Program-made: the position numbers and the translations under genes | Notes under the pieces: generated by a model | What the model saw: the letters and a program-made list of their open reading frames with translations, nothing else | What the model was told of the DNA's origin: nothing | Databases searched by the model: none | In this document: piece by piece, positions 63,983 to 64,000 of the stretch | How positions within the stretch are numbered: the first letter of the stretch is position 1 | How the letters are laid out: each line of letters starts with the position of its first letter | Origin: Acidimicrobiales bacterium | Lineage (GTDB): Bacteria > Actinomycetota > Acidimicrobiia > Acidimicrobiales > Bog-793 | Length of the DNA stretch: 64,000 nucleotides | Assembly (NCBI GenBank): GCA_035294085.1 | Contig: DATGLP010000006.1 | Location: 77,413-141,412 of the forward strand | Reading direction: 5' to 3'

Positions 63983-64000
63983 CGGGCGGGAGGCGGAGCG

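Overview
The window is a high-GC (about 70-73% by eye), densely coding chromosomal segment of actinobacterial type. I support 56 CDS and 2 tRNAs. I recognise no rRNA, CRISPR array, transposase, integrase or prophage genes. Many gene junctions are 4-nt GTGA/ATGA overlaps, which suggests translational coupling. Many long Arg/Pro/Ala/Gly-rich ORFs in the six-frame track are antisense or out-of-frame artefacts of the GC content.

Layout:
- 1-4.1 kb (minus strand): a LacI-family regulator, a creatinase-like M24 protein, an amino-acid-type ABC binding protein and the start of an ABC ATPase.
- 4.1-5.3 kb: a 1.2-kb gap with no convincing gene.
- 5.3-9.5 kb: tRNA-Glu, tRNA-Gln, a DUF218-like gene, gltX, a ferredoxin, a secreted GH18 protein and rpsT.
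- 9.6-23.9 kb: a conserved housekeeping block. It holds lepA, an MpaB-like gene, CIRCE-hrcA-dnaJ-rsmE, an inserted FAH-family/KGSADH pair, a BldD-like regulator, hemW, a small HTH protein, a HIT protein, and phoH-ybeY-corC-era.
- 23.9-32.9 kb (minus strand): dinG-like helicase, an AddAB/AdnAB-type helicase-nuclease pair and cysH.
- 33-42 kb: sirC-like gene, uppS, a small membrane ORF, recO, glyQS, dnaG overlapping a primary-type sigma factor, and acs.
- 42-64 kb: an accessory catabolic island of three operons.
  - Operon 1: two paralogous HyuA/HyuB (ATP-dependent lactamase/carboxylase family) pairs flanking a 63-aa Cys-rich ORF, followed by 2 SDRs.
  - Operon 2: a CUT2-type sugar ABC transporter, a 633-aa unknown protein and 2 SDRs.
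  - Operon 3: an enolase-superfamily enzyme, a class III CoA-transferase, E1-beta, E1-alpha and a stand-alone lipoyl protein.

The most interesting observation is that all three island operons are preceded by the same AT-rich palindrome, GGAATCGATTCC. This argues for one co-regulated pathway whose substrate I cannot name. All functional calls come from reading the supplied translations against remembered family motifs. No database search was run.
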